Below, in pieces: positions 39,887 to 52,792 of a DNA stretch of 64,000 bases. The number at the start of each line of letters is the position of its first letter. Position 1 is the first letter of the stretch. This stretch comes from Dimorphilus gyrociliatus (Eukaryota; Animalia; Annelida), in NCBI GenBank assembly GCA_904063045.1, contig CAJFCJ010000006.1:2346946-2410945 (forward strand), written 5' to 3'. The position numbers were made by a program, and so were the translations under genes. The notes under the pieces were generated by a model that worked only from the letters and a program-made list of their open reading frames with translations, was not told the DNA's origin and did not search any database.

Positions 39887-40194
39887 TACATAAAATATTA
39901 CTACTTTTTAATTTGTAAATACAAAACCCTATAATGCATTTATAAACTGATTCTAATTTTAAGTGCAAATGTTAAAAAATGCAAAAAAATATTTAGGGGT
40001 TTGGGGGGAATTGGAAGTCAACAACGGCTAAATGTAGAAAATAACAATACAGAATTTTATTAAAGCTGCAGTCATTGAACTAAACAAGACATATACAAAG
40101 AAGAATCTTTTAAAAAACAAAAAAACAGCTTGACAGTATAAAGGTCGATAAAAAAACATATTTAAAAAAAAAAGAGGGGAACAGAAAAACTTGT

Positions 40195-41579
40195 TCACGG
40201 CTTGAACTTGACGAGCGGTACCGTTTTAGTTCGTATGCAATCTTCACATGCCCATTCGGCGTATACTTCAGTTGTCAGTAACTGGTATGCTCGCTCTGTC
40301 AAACCTGTACAAATTCTATGAAACCAAAAATTACATCCACTTTCACACAATATAGCATGCTCGTTCTCTGTAACTTCTTTATGACACACTCCACAGGGAT
40401 ATATCGGCGGAGCACTAGGATTAGCCGGATTTGCTACAACTGGCTGTCCAGGGGGATATATTTTGCTCATAATGCCCATCATTCCACCCATAGAGGGAGG
40501 CCCAGGAGATATCCCTTGAGGGGGGGGACCAGGCGAGATTCCCTGAGGAGGACCAGGGCCCATGGACATAGGCGCTCCAGGACCTAAAATATCCATACTG
40601 TGACTATGATTTGGCATTGGAGGTCCTTGCATTGGCATCCCCTGCATTGGGGGACCACCATAAGATGGACGCCAGTTTTGGTTAGGTCCCATCATCATTC
40701 CTTCATCCATGGGGGGCATCATACCATGTTGAGGACCTGGTCCTGGGCCAGGTCCCATGGGGCCACCCATATGTGGCGGAGGTGGACCACCCATTCCAGG
40801 TCTAGGTGGCCCGAATTCCATCTGAGGTCCCTGCAAAAAAATAATTTGGAATAATATAACAATAATAATATATTTTTTTACTATTTAAAGACAAAGAACT
40901 ATTTATATTTGCAATCATTACAAATGAGTGGTTTCATTGCTGAGTTTCGAAATTTTTGTTCTCTCTAAACTCAGATGAAAACCACTTCAAGCTTTCCAAT
41001 TTCAACAAAATTTAAGTCATTATAAAAATATTCCATCAAAAATTAAAACAGCTGGTGCAGCTCTTTCAATATTTGTGAAGGAATCTTTATCCATTTATTA
41101 ACTCACAGGCATAAATCCGCCAGAAGGCATCCCAGGGTCCCAACCGGGAGGACCGCCCGGTCCCGGACCAGGTCCTGGATGCATATTTATCATATTCGGG
41201 CCCATCACTCTCTTCATCCCAAAGTCCACATCGTGGGGCGGCATTGAAGGGGCGGCTGTTTAAGTTTAAATTTCAAGCATTATACGGAAAAGGTAATAGG
41301 TTTATTAACCGAAGGCGAACTGTTTTCATTTACATAAGAAAAATACATTTTTCAAGATCTCAGCTCGGTAATCGATTATTTAACTAAAAGCAAATGAAAA
41401 ATAATTTTCTGGTATAAACCCCGACCTTTTCTTTACAGAAACTTCGGATTTTACGCAAAAAGAGTACTTTACAAATAAAATCAATACACAACAATAATAT
41501 GAGCGATAATTTATGCATTTAGTACCGCTTTATTATACCCACTTTTATTGGCCGCCTTTTTCTTTCTCTCTCTCGGCAT
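40195..41579 (-). CDS. PYGO: Pygopus homologue (exons 41579-41543, 41255-~41107, ~40833-40195)
   Basis: C-terminal PHD PIYPCGVCHKEV...AILCESGCNFWFHRICTGLTE.AY.LLT.EVYAEWAC. Basic N-terminus MPRERKKK and a Pro/Gly/Met-rich linker. First exon is inferred. Confidence 0.88.
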
Positions 41580-42273
41580 CTGTTACCTTGCATCTAGTCT
41601 TGCCACTTTAATCATTATTTTGTTTTACATACCGGTTTAAAAACGAATATAAATAAGAAAAATGAAATCAGTAAACTGAAATCTTCAACGTTTGAAGGAA
41701 GGAAACGACAAGCAGAGCTAATAAAAATAAGACGAAACTAAGTCCATCATTGGTGACGGTGTCCATATTTTTAAAGGAAACAATTGACAGAAAAGAATAG
41801 TATGATGAATCATTATTAGCACTGTTAAATAAATTATTGAGTAAATTAAAGAACGTTAGCTTCCATAATTATGTCCCTTTCATAATTTACGCAATTCTAT
41901 AAGGGTTTAAAAATCTGCAACTCAACCTTCATATAGAAACTAATAATACTTGCTTTTCGAACAATTTCATATATTTTGCAATAATTTTTGTCATCCATTT
42001 GAAATAAAAATCAAATATATACTGTATATATTAACAATTAATTGTATTTATTCATAAATTTAACATTTCAAGTAATTAGTTGTAATAATGTGTTTGTTTG
42101 TTTATTAGCTTGAAGAAAAGTTGTCCAAATCGGTATTTTCAAATAATTAATATTTTAATGAGATAATTTGCTCTGTTTTTTCCTCTCTCAGCTGATTTAA
42201 ACATTAATAATTCAGATCTTAATGAAAATATAAACGACAACGTGAGCTTTTACTGTAGATTGGTTTTAAGGTT

Positions 42274-44030
42274 TCAAGGATTGAAATGAGCGTCTTGTTT
42301 ATTTAACCCAGTAGCTTTTTTAATACTGCCATCAATTGGTTGACTAGCTAAGGTGCTTGCCAATTCTCTGTATCCGTTGTTGTTTGCAATTTGAATTGGT
42401 GTCATTCCATAAAAACACTGTTGATGAATGTCTGCACCATTAGAGACTAGAGCTGAACAAATTCCCTTTTGGTCTCTGTCCACTGCGTAGGATAGAGCCG
42501 ATAGTCCACTCTTACCGTCCTTTTGGTATAATGACGTTGATGAATATAAACATAAACATAAATACTAATAGAAATAGAAAATCTTACCGGGGCATCGATT
42601 CTAACTTTAGACTTGATCAATAAATCAACTATTTTACTATCACCGCCTAATACAGCATAGTGTAAAGGGGTTAAACCTTCGTAGTCAGTAACATTCCATA
42701 TATCTTCATTATGTTTCTTGTCACAGATTAACTCTAAGCATTTTATTGCCTTATATTTGACGGCAATGTGTACTACATTTCTTCCTTTTGTGTCCCTTAA
42801 ACTACAGTCTGCACCCTCTTTAAGTAATAACCGAACAGTTTCATATTCATTTAATGTGGTTGCCAAAATGATAGGGGTTTGCTTGTCCTTATTAAGTGCA
42901 TTTAACAAATCAGAGCCTTTAGGTACTTTTCTCAATACGTCGCAGATTGTCGAGACAACTTGAACATTTCCTTGGGAGCAAGCGATATGTAGAGGACTGT
43001 AAGTTGTGAATGAACAAAAAACGTAATGTTTACTATATATGAGAAGATTTGTGTTTTTTTATTTAAATAAAAAATTAAGTAATTTCTTACTAATCTCCAT
43101 CTTCATCCGAAGTTTTTATGGTATCAAACTTTTCTTTAATCTCTAAACTGGACCTATCTTCATCTGAAATAATTATCATAAATTATAGATTACTGTTACA
43201 AAGAAAATATAATTGTATGGCCTATAAATAAAACAAATCGATATAAGAGAGGGCGCCACGCTTGTTAATTGTCTCCTTTTCAGTGCAATTTTTCTACTAC
43301 AGGTTAGAAGAGGAGAATATAACATATAAAAAAAAATAGACAATTCAAATTTACGTAGAAAATATTGATAATCTTAATAAAAAACTGACTAATCAAAAAA
43401 ATCAAATATTAAAGATACTAGCCTAATTATTTTATTCACAGCTGATAATGAGTTATCTTGTTTCCTCAAAAAGAGGAGTGAAAATGAAATAATACACTAT
43501 AGAGAACAGTTTTTAACGTCCGTTAATATTTTTTTGCTCATCCCTCTCTCTGTCTCTCTGTCTCTCTCTCCCTTCCTCCCTCCTTCCCTGTCTCTCTCTC
43601 TTTCTCTGTTTCCCTTCCTCCTCCCTGTCTCTTTCTCTGTAGTTTCTATCTCATAAAGCATGAGACAAGGAACTAAAAGGATCTTATAAAGTTATTTTAA
43701 TGTAGTTTTTGCTTAAATAAAATAGATATATGAATATAGAAGAAAACAGCCTACTAAAAGGATTATAATAGGGCAGTTTGAGTGTAAATAATAGAGGAAA
43801 CAGGGCACACCCTAGTGAACTTGATGTACTTTTGTTATATTACCTTGTAGCTTTCTTTTCTTTGGTGGTAGTTTTGCAGAAATATTCTGACTTGGACCAT
43901 TTGTGGCAGAAGGTTGATTTGAAAGCTCTGACATGACATAAGCAGCTTCCAATTCCCTATTAGATCGAGGGTTGTTGTGTTTAGCCATCGTCGGTATAAT
44001 AAACTGTTTTTTATATCCTCTATAATTCAT
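42274..44030 (-). CDS. IkB-family ankyrin-repeat protein, BCL3/nuclear IkB-like; start uncertain
   Basis: Spliced DEDGDYPLHIA, KQTPIILA, GRNVVHIAV, DYEGLTPLHYAV and IDAPDGKSGLSAL form an IkB-type ankyrin series. N-terminal LPPKKRK. Confidence 0.72.
43545..43640. repeat. Polypyrimidine/(TC)-rich low-complexity tract in an intron of the IkB-like gene
   Basis: Visible near-pure C/T tract with repeated TCCCTGTCTCT units. Confidence 0.85.
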
Positions 44031-44859
44031 GTTATGATTCGACAATGTTGAGAATTTCAAGTGTCAAACCTTAAAGTTGTGAGGAAACGTCTATTTTTGT
44101 CGTGAAAGGGGATTTCCAAGACAATTATTCATTTCACTTCTGTAGTTAAGTCAGTCAGTATTCACTCTGATGTTCACGACGATCGGTTATTCTGAATCTT
44201 CATATACAGGTGGTAAAGATGGTAAGTCGTGCTAAAGTTTGATTACCTAAATCAAACTATTGATAGATGTCAAATTCGGAAATTCCCTGTTTAGCGGTTT
44301 TCCCCGTATGCGCATGCGTCGCTGATGGCGTCGGTATAGAATCAGCGCCTTACCTTACTTGTAGGTTAAAGAAGTTTAATATAAAAAAAACTAAATTGTT
44401 TGGAAGAAGGATGAAATTCTTGAAGCTATGGAAAATCTATTCACGAAATGTACCCATACACATCACATCTAATATTTTAGGCCTTTTTTTTTCAACAATA
44501 ATAAAGGTCGTATTGAAAATAAATATATTTCAATAATTGAATAAGAATGAATAGTTATAAATTTATTATTTATAAATAATTGAAAGTAAATATTTTAAAC
44601 TCTTACAAACATTTAAAAAATTATTTTTTATCTATTTATAGAACAGTTAATCCGTTTTTCAAAGCATATACGTACACATAATCTTTTATATACTGTATAC
44701 AAATAAAACACTGAGAAATAAGTAAAAACAATTTTTTATAGTATTTTTTTTTTAGCGAATGGACGGTTTTTGTCATTAAGAAAAACTAACAAAATAAACA
44801 AACAAACAAACAAACAGAAAAACATTGATATTTTTTTTAAATAGTAAATTATGTTGTTC

Positions 44860-47800
44860 TTATTCCATATCGTAGTTTTTTACTTCATTAGGTATTGTAT
44901 GATTTATTTGATCGGTTGGAAGGCAATAGCCGTTATTCCTAAATTCTTTTAACCATTGTCGATGCTGATGCAATTTCATCTCTGTTGTTTGGCTATCGGT
45001 AGCGAAAGCAGTTGCATAAGGTCTATATTCTCGAAATCTATAGTAAGAAAAAACAGTAATTCTTAAATATATCTGTTGTAAATACATATAGATAAATAGA
45101 AGTAAAGTCTTTTATTACCTTGGATTAGCACCTGGTACGTAGGTTCCTCCTAATTGATATTTTAAGGATGTTGGCATAGTTTGACTGAGTGGTAGTTGAG
45201 TTTTATGATCTATTTTTAATAAAATAAACTATTCAGAATGTTTAAATTTCTATAAAGTTTAAGTGCAAACCTCCCAAATATTTCCGTTTTTTACTTTCTA
45301 AACATTTTTCAACATTATCTATAATTGGTACGGATAAATTCAGTCCATCTGTTGTTTTGCTTAAATAGCTATTTGTAGATTGTCCAATAGCCGTTCGTGA
45401 TTGTCCAATTAAGCTCAATACTTGGTTTATGTTTGTATTAATTTTCTTTAAAGTATCCTCTATTTTTAATGCACCATTATCATTTTCTAAATTTCCCGAT
45501 TTATGTTGGTCTACATTGTATAGGTGTCGTAGTTTAGCTTTAAATATTTAAACAATTTTATTACATTAATTAACTATTTAATATAGAATTAAAATATAAT
45601 TACTCGAGTTTGTATCCAACTCTATTCTATCCAAAACATCACTAACACTAATTCCACTACTTTCATCAGACTCGGAAGAGTCTAACTCAAACATATTTTT
45701 TTTATTTCTCACTTTATGAAATTCTTTTACAATCTCTTCTTCGTCAAACTATAAAATGAACAAACGAATAATAGTTATTAGTGATTTTAAAGGGCTTATT
45801 TGCAATAAATATACATACTTCAGTATCGAGTTGATTCTTAACTGCCCAACTTTGCTTTTTTAGTAAGTGTTCCTTTTGCCTATTAAGGAATTGTTTTGCA
45901 GCAGTAATAGAATTCTGTTCGAACTTTAAATGTTCTTTAATATTTTTGTGTTCAGTTCTAGCTTTAAGTTCGTACAATGAAGAATCCATAATGCTAGAAT
46001 CATCAGACCAGGCCTCATTATAGTCAATTCCCATATCTGACTCCAACATAGAATCGGATTTTCGTCTTCTTCTTTCAGGTTTTTTATGAGACATAAATAC
46101 TCTGCTATCTATAACAAGTTATTTACGAGATATTTAACAGTCTATAAAGAAACGTTAATTTATCAACAAACCTATGTTACTTAAGCTGGGAGAACGATTT
46201 CGGCGGAAATGCTCTCTTTCTTCGCTTTCGTCGATGCGTTTCCTAGATTTTATGACGGTTTCGTTAGACCCTTCGGTGACCTTTTCTGATTGTCTTGCTA
46301 ATTCGTCATTTAGAGACTCTATTTGTCTCTCAAGATCACTATGAAAAGAGAAAATATAAATATTAAACAAACCAATCAACTATATGTATATAACTAACTT
46401 AATAGATTTTTCTCGCTTTTCCTTAATGCTCTTTAAAGTACGAATTTCAGCCTCTAACCGATACTTCTCTTCTTGAAGTCTTTCAACCTCTTCCCTTTCT
46501 TTCTGTAGAGAATCATACATTTTTCTTTCAACTTTCTCAGGATCTTCTTCAATCTCCTTTCTTTGTTTTCTATAATTTTCTTTACGTTCTTGTAATTCTC
46601 TTTCTCTATCTTTCAATATATTTAGCTGACATTCGATATCCTCTGTTCTAATTTTCAAATCAGTTTCCTTTTCCATAAGATTATCCTCCTTAAAACGATA
46701 AAAAATTTAATAAAATAAAAGATATATTAGTAACACAAAGAATAATATAAACCAGAGAATCATTTAGGTCAATATTCATATCTGAATGAAAATTACTAGG
46801 TCTTTCATCCGCTTTGCTAAGTTTATTGTAGTAATCATAATCGCTCGTATGAAAATCGTGAGAAAAAGAAGCATATCGCTTAGGAGGGATCCTAACAGAT
46901 ATTTTACGATTTCTTAATGGAATAGAAGGATACATTTTTGACAAGTAGATTTCAAAACTAAAAGTGAAATATGCTAAAGAAGAGCAAAAGGGTCAATACA
47001 GGCCATCTGTTACATTTACAGCTTATTAGTCTTGTATTGATTTATGGAAATCGTAAAAATAGAATATATTTTATGAAAAGTTTACGTTTTTTTTCATTTT
47101 ACGTTAAAAGCAATAAATCTCTGAATTGAATTCTAAATTGGGAGTATTTTTTTACAAAATGACATAGATTCTGACCGACTAAAGAACATGTATCGAATAT
47201 TCTTCTAAAATACGACTAAGGACGAACAATAGAATATGACATTTTGTGTTTTAATACTGGTGTTACAATCCATTAACTTAATTACCTTTTTGGATAAATC
47301 TTGTTTCAAGTTCCGTACTCTGGTGTCATATTCTTTACGGATAGAGTTCAAATTTAATTCATACTCCTCCTTAATTAATCTCTTTTTTTTCTCCAACTCG
47401 TCTTCTACTTTTTCACGCTCTCGTCTCTCTTTCGCCTCTCCTTCCCTTTGCAATTTTTTTACTGATCTTTCTAATTCTCTTTCTATTCTTTCAATCTCAG
47501 CATCATTCTGTTCTTTAAGCTGTCGCGTTCGTTCATCCAAAACTGATTGATACTAATGGATAATACATCAATAATATTACTCTGATAATCCGTAATACTG
47601 TATATACAGAAATATACAAAGATTTTAATGACATACATCTTTTTCCAAACTCATTATTGTATCTTCTCGGCGCTTTAATGCGTCTTTCTCTTCACGAAGT
47701 CTTGTTTCTAATTCTTCTGTTGTTTCTTTAATTTCATTCCTTATTTTTTGGGTCTCCTGTGTAAGTTATGAAAAGATAAATTGCGCATATATACAGTATA

Positions 47801-50800
47801 TATCTACATATATAAATTTATATATATAGAGAGAGAATTCTTTGTTTTTGATTGCAAAAAGGTACTATGCTTGTTTTTTTTTTGGTCGCATTCAACTAAC
47901 AATTGTTTTATACATAAAATGAAAAGATATTGCTATTTTGAACAGTAGAATAGACATTCAAGAAAGATTATACATAATTCTCAGTAATCAGCTTATTTCC
48001 TTTTCTTATAGAAGATAATAATTGATTTATCTCTGAATTCTGAACAGTATTATTTGTCTCACTATATCCTATTGTAAGATGTCTATTACTCTTATTGATA
48101 TTTTGCTCATTTGTTTTCATCATTCTGAGACAAGCGTTACGTATTTGAGGTTTGACATCTTTCGCATTCTTCAAGTTATTACCGTTAGTTTTGGTGGAAT
48201 TTCTTTTCGTACTTTTCCTTCTGTCAACGCTTTTTTTTCGATTTCCTTTTTTATACTTTTGAGGCATCTTTCTATCTTTGACAACAACTAAGCATAAAGT
48301 AACCATACCTCCTGTTGACAGTATAACAAATGCTATAGTAAAACCGGGGAAAACTATTTGCAAAGAAGATGCTTCGGCTTCAGCTTTTTGGGATTGAGCA
48401 ATTGTGCTCAAGCGATCGCAACGAAGTCCGACAAAACCTTTGGTACATAATCCTCTATTACAAGTTCCATCAGAATAGTCACAGCCACTCAGACAATTCT
48501 TAGGACATGGAAAGAGACAAAATGGTCCCCATCGTTGATTTCCTCTACAAATGGCTTTCCATTCATTTACAACACCTCGTCTCATGTCAGACCAAAAATT
48601 CTAGATAAAAGACGTTTCCTAAAATATTAATAACTATAAAGTGTGAAGTAAATTCTCGTATACCCGAAATTCTAACATATTGGGCATGTCTATCACTGTT
48701 GGTGTTAGAGCGCCACCATCATTTGTGCACCTCGATTCATAAACATAGCCCTCTCTCGCGCATCCTCGTTCACAAGTTCCATCATAAGGATTGCAATCAT
48801 CGTTTAAACAATCCCCACACCTTTGCATACAAAATACTCCCCATCTTTTCATACTTTTGCATTTTTTCTTCATTTCAGAAGATGCCTTTTCAATTTTTGG
48901 AACGAACATTTCGTAAACACTTAAATCATATACTCTGTTGCCTAAAAAATCCAGTTGTTCATACTCAAGTTACTGAAACATCACTTAGAAGGTTAAAGAG
49001 CCTAAATATACCTGTGTTTAATTGCCAAAAATCATTTCGGACCGGTAAAAAAAGATGAAAGGCAAATAAAAATTTAAATAGATTATATCGGTCCATCACA
49101 AATATAAGATGGTTTCAACTAGCTTTGTTATACGATTTAAACTTGAATTCTATCAAGTCATTAACACGTCATACGATTGAATCAATTCAAATGAGCAGGA
49201 AAAAAAACAAGCATATGAACATTTGATTAAAACCTCTGAGAGATAAGTTCTTAAAAAAGAATAATAAAAGAAGCGTGAAAGAGTTGCTTAAATTGCGCTG
49301 TAAAAAGCTTTTATCTTTTTCCTATTTGCTAATACATTTTACCTTTTCAATACGTTCTGCACTTTTCAACTTCTCTGTTTCCAATTTTTCAGACTCTTGG
49401 CACTGTATTTTAGTTATGTCATCGTTTATTTTTTCTTTAATTCGATCAATTTTATCTTTCTTTTCTTCGTCCAATTCTTCTCTCATTTTTTCGATTTCGA
49501 TATTTACCTACAATTCATTAATTAAACCACTAATTAAGCTCTAATAAAGCAAATGTAAGCCATAAAATTTCCAAGCTAGCCAACAACGTAAGATATGAAC
49601 AAATCGATGGAGAAATTAAGTTACATATAATAATTCACCTTTTGTCTGATCTCTGAAAGTCTCTCCTCTTTTTGATCATCCAAAATTTTTCGGTCATCCT
49701 TTTGCAAATTGTCTAATTCCTGGTTAAGCTTTTCCAAATATTGTTTCTTTTCCGACCTATAAAGACTAAACTTTATTATCATAAATAAAAAGATAAACTT
49801 TCAAACCTTAATTTAGCTTCTTCATCTTTTTGTTCCTGTTGCAAATTCTCTTTCATAGCTTCTAATTCTTTTTCATACTTATCTCTTATCAGCTGTTTTT
49901 TTATTTCGAAACTTTCCTTGCTTTCATTTTCATATTGCCTAGAAAGTATATTTCATTTACTGATCATTAACATGTTTCAATTAGTTGTTAAAGTAATTAC
50001 TGTAATCGGTTTTCATGATCTTTAGTTATTTTCTGTTGCTGTTCTTCAAAATTTATTCTCTTTTTCTCTTCCGCTTTGAATTTGGTATAAGCACCTTTTT
50101 TATCACTTGATTTACCTATATATGTAGCCACTTGATGTTTTTCACCATTAGCATTCGAAGCTCTCCCAGCCTCTGATGAACTTTTTCCAGTCAAATCAGG
50201 ACGATCATGCATTGAAGCTGTAGATTTTAACGACTGGCTATTAGCAAGATCCTGAATGAATGAGAGTTAAAAAATAGTAAAATAGTATAGTTTGTAATAA
50301 TAAAATAACATACACCAGACCCAGCTGGTTGTAGATCTTCCAATTCCATTAATCTTTCAGATATATTGTCATTAATGTGGAAATCCTGCAAAAAATCGTT
50401 ATGTAATTATCATTATTTAAAAACAAAACATAAATAAAGAATGTAAAATTAACTTGACTAATTAATTACATAAATGAAACATTCATTGAAAGTTGAAAGT
50501 CTACTCTTTCTCTTGCTACACAATATTTTATTCTTGCAATTTTCATAATCTCTTAGGAAATTATCTACATTTATTTGATTTGTTAGCCTTGATGGTCTTT
50601 TAATCATATTTTCCGCAAGAAAAGGGTACTTTTTTTTGAAAAATTTTATCTTAATTAATATTTAAAGAGAGGAAGAACGTAAAAAAGATATCTAACCACA
50701 TCCTTCCTGTAATCATCACTATCCTCGCTTTCAGATGATCTTTTTCTAGATTCTCTTTCATCCGATTCTGTTTCCTCGTAATTTGGGATTTCACGAGCAA

Positions 50801-52221
50801 TGTCTTCGGGTGATTTTATTTGAAATTTTTCATGTAAATCTGCATCATCGTCGTCCTCATCACTAATACTTCCTCTCAGTTGAGCTTGAATTCTTTCTTG
50901 AACTTGGCTTGTTGAAGAACCTATATCTAAGTTCAATGTTCCAGACTTTAACGAGCTATGCGGTGAAAAATGCGACTGTATAAATGAATTAAAAAAAAGA
51001 ATCCATTAATATTTAAAACAAATTCAAATATTTATTTCATTACGTCTGTACTGCCTCTTAAATAGGCCTCTGCCTCGTTAACTAATCTTGCGTGACCTTT
51101 TATTGGTCCTAGATGTGTTCCTTTCATACCTGCATAAAGATAAATAAGTTATAATAAAGTTATTACGCTGTGTTAAATACATTATAATTTAAAAATGATA
51201 TCGATATTCTATCTCGTAATTGTCTTATGCAAATTTAAAAGTTGAAGGGAATTGCTGTTTTTGACGGAGGCTTTTTGTTATTTAGACGCTGATTTTACAA
51301 AAAACCAGTCTTATAGTTTAAACTCTGTCATCTTTATAAAATTTCAGATTTTAGAAAGTTAGGTTAGGTGATAATCAATTTACGCATATGAAATTAAATA
51401 GCAAAATCATTATTTCCAATTTATTCATTTAATTCTTTCTCTTCTCCTCCTCCTCCTCCTTTTTATCCGCCCTTGTTCCTTCCAGCTTTTCTTTGCATTT
51501 ATCATTCTCCTTTATACACTCACCTAAAGAAGATCCCAAGCTATTCAATGATCCTGATAATAAATTTCCACTGCCTCTCAATGAATTTATAGGAGATAAA
51601 GATCTGCCAACAATACTTGCAGATGTCTACAAATGCATTAAAAATGAACAAAATACTCTTATCAAGAAGCAAATATTTGCAAACTTTGGCCTTTGTTTGT
51701 TTCGTAGTTGATTTAGATGTCTTTTTTTTTTCCTTTCTTCCAGCTCCTTAAATTGTGGACAAGTATTAACTATTAAAGTTCGTAATACTAATGATTAACT
51801 ATTTACCAGAATGCAGCTTTTGTCTCTCTTTTTGCACTCGTTCTTTGTACAATTCATCACACGGATGATCCCAAATAGACGCTCCAGTTTGAAAATTAAA
51901 ATAATATATTTCGCCTCTTTCATCTTGACTATAATCATGAAAACATAACTCATTGTCTTCAAATAGTATATAAACATATTAATTAACAAACCAAGGTTTC
52001 CAATGATCGGGCAGAGCGGCAGTTATTCCGTCCCTTGCTAACCACATCAGTTCAGGTTCAGTATCTGGATTGATGCCAATTACTGAAGCATATTCTCGTA
52101 TATCTGCAATTCATTACTGTAAGATCAGAAAAGCAAATATTGTTTAAAAACCGTCTTCCGTTGGCTGATAATCTTCATCATATTCCTCCTCCAGTATAGT
52201 TTGTCCATTTATCATAGTCAT
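44860..52221 (-). CDS. CEP164: Centrosomal protein CEP164 (about 20 exons)
   Basis: N-terminus [45 protein letters not shown] and WW domain [18 protein letters not shown]; long coiled coils; C-terminal [11 protein letters not shown]. Internal exon boundaries not all verified. Confidence 0.88.
47968..49096 (-). CDS. Type I membrane protein with two EGF-like repeats, nested in a CEP164 intron (exons 49096-49012, 48941-48664, 48600-47968)
   Basis: Signal-peptide-like [19 protein letters not shown], two RWG.FC...C...G.C...C..G Cys repeats, [23 protein letters not shown] and a basic tail. Introns of 70 and 63 bp have matching phases. Confidence 0.72.
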
Positions 52222-52792
52222 GATGATCGAAGGATTTTATTCTGATAAATTTTGCATTTAAAATCTAAAAAATTGGAACAGTTAAAAACTATAAGACTTT
52301 CATTTGCGTGCTCGTTCTTGTTCTGCTGTTGTTGTTAACCAGTATATAAACGTACTGTGGAATTTCGGTTCTTACTAAATTCCGACTTCAACAATACCTT
52401 GCAATACAAAAAAGTATGCTATAGAATCTATTAGTTACAAAATCTCATTTAGGACAACACTTTCATTAATGATGTTTAAAACTCTTTAGATTTACTTATA
52501 TCGAGAACGATTAAAGTGCTCAGCATAAATTAAATAGATAAATAATTAACCTAATAACTTGAAAATTTAAATATATAAATTAGTAATAACATGTTTACTA
52601 GCATTTTTTAAAGAGATTATCTTTAAAATATACAATAATCTCTGAGTAAAATATCAATGGATGAGAATTCTAATCTTACACTACTCAAAAGTTATATTAC
52701 TCGAAATAATACAGTTACTCTCGGTATAGAGTAAACTAAGGGAATTCTAAGGAAAACCCCCTCACTACTAGCGCTTGTAAACAAATGAGAAT

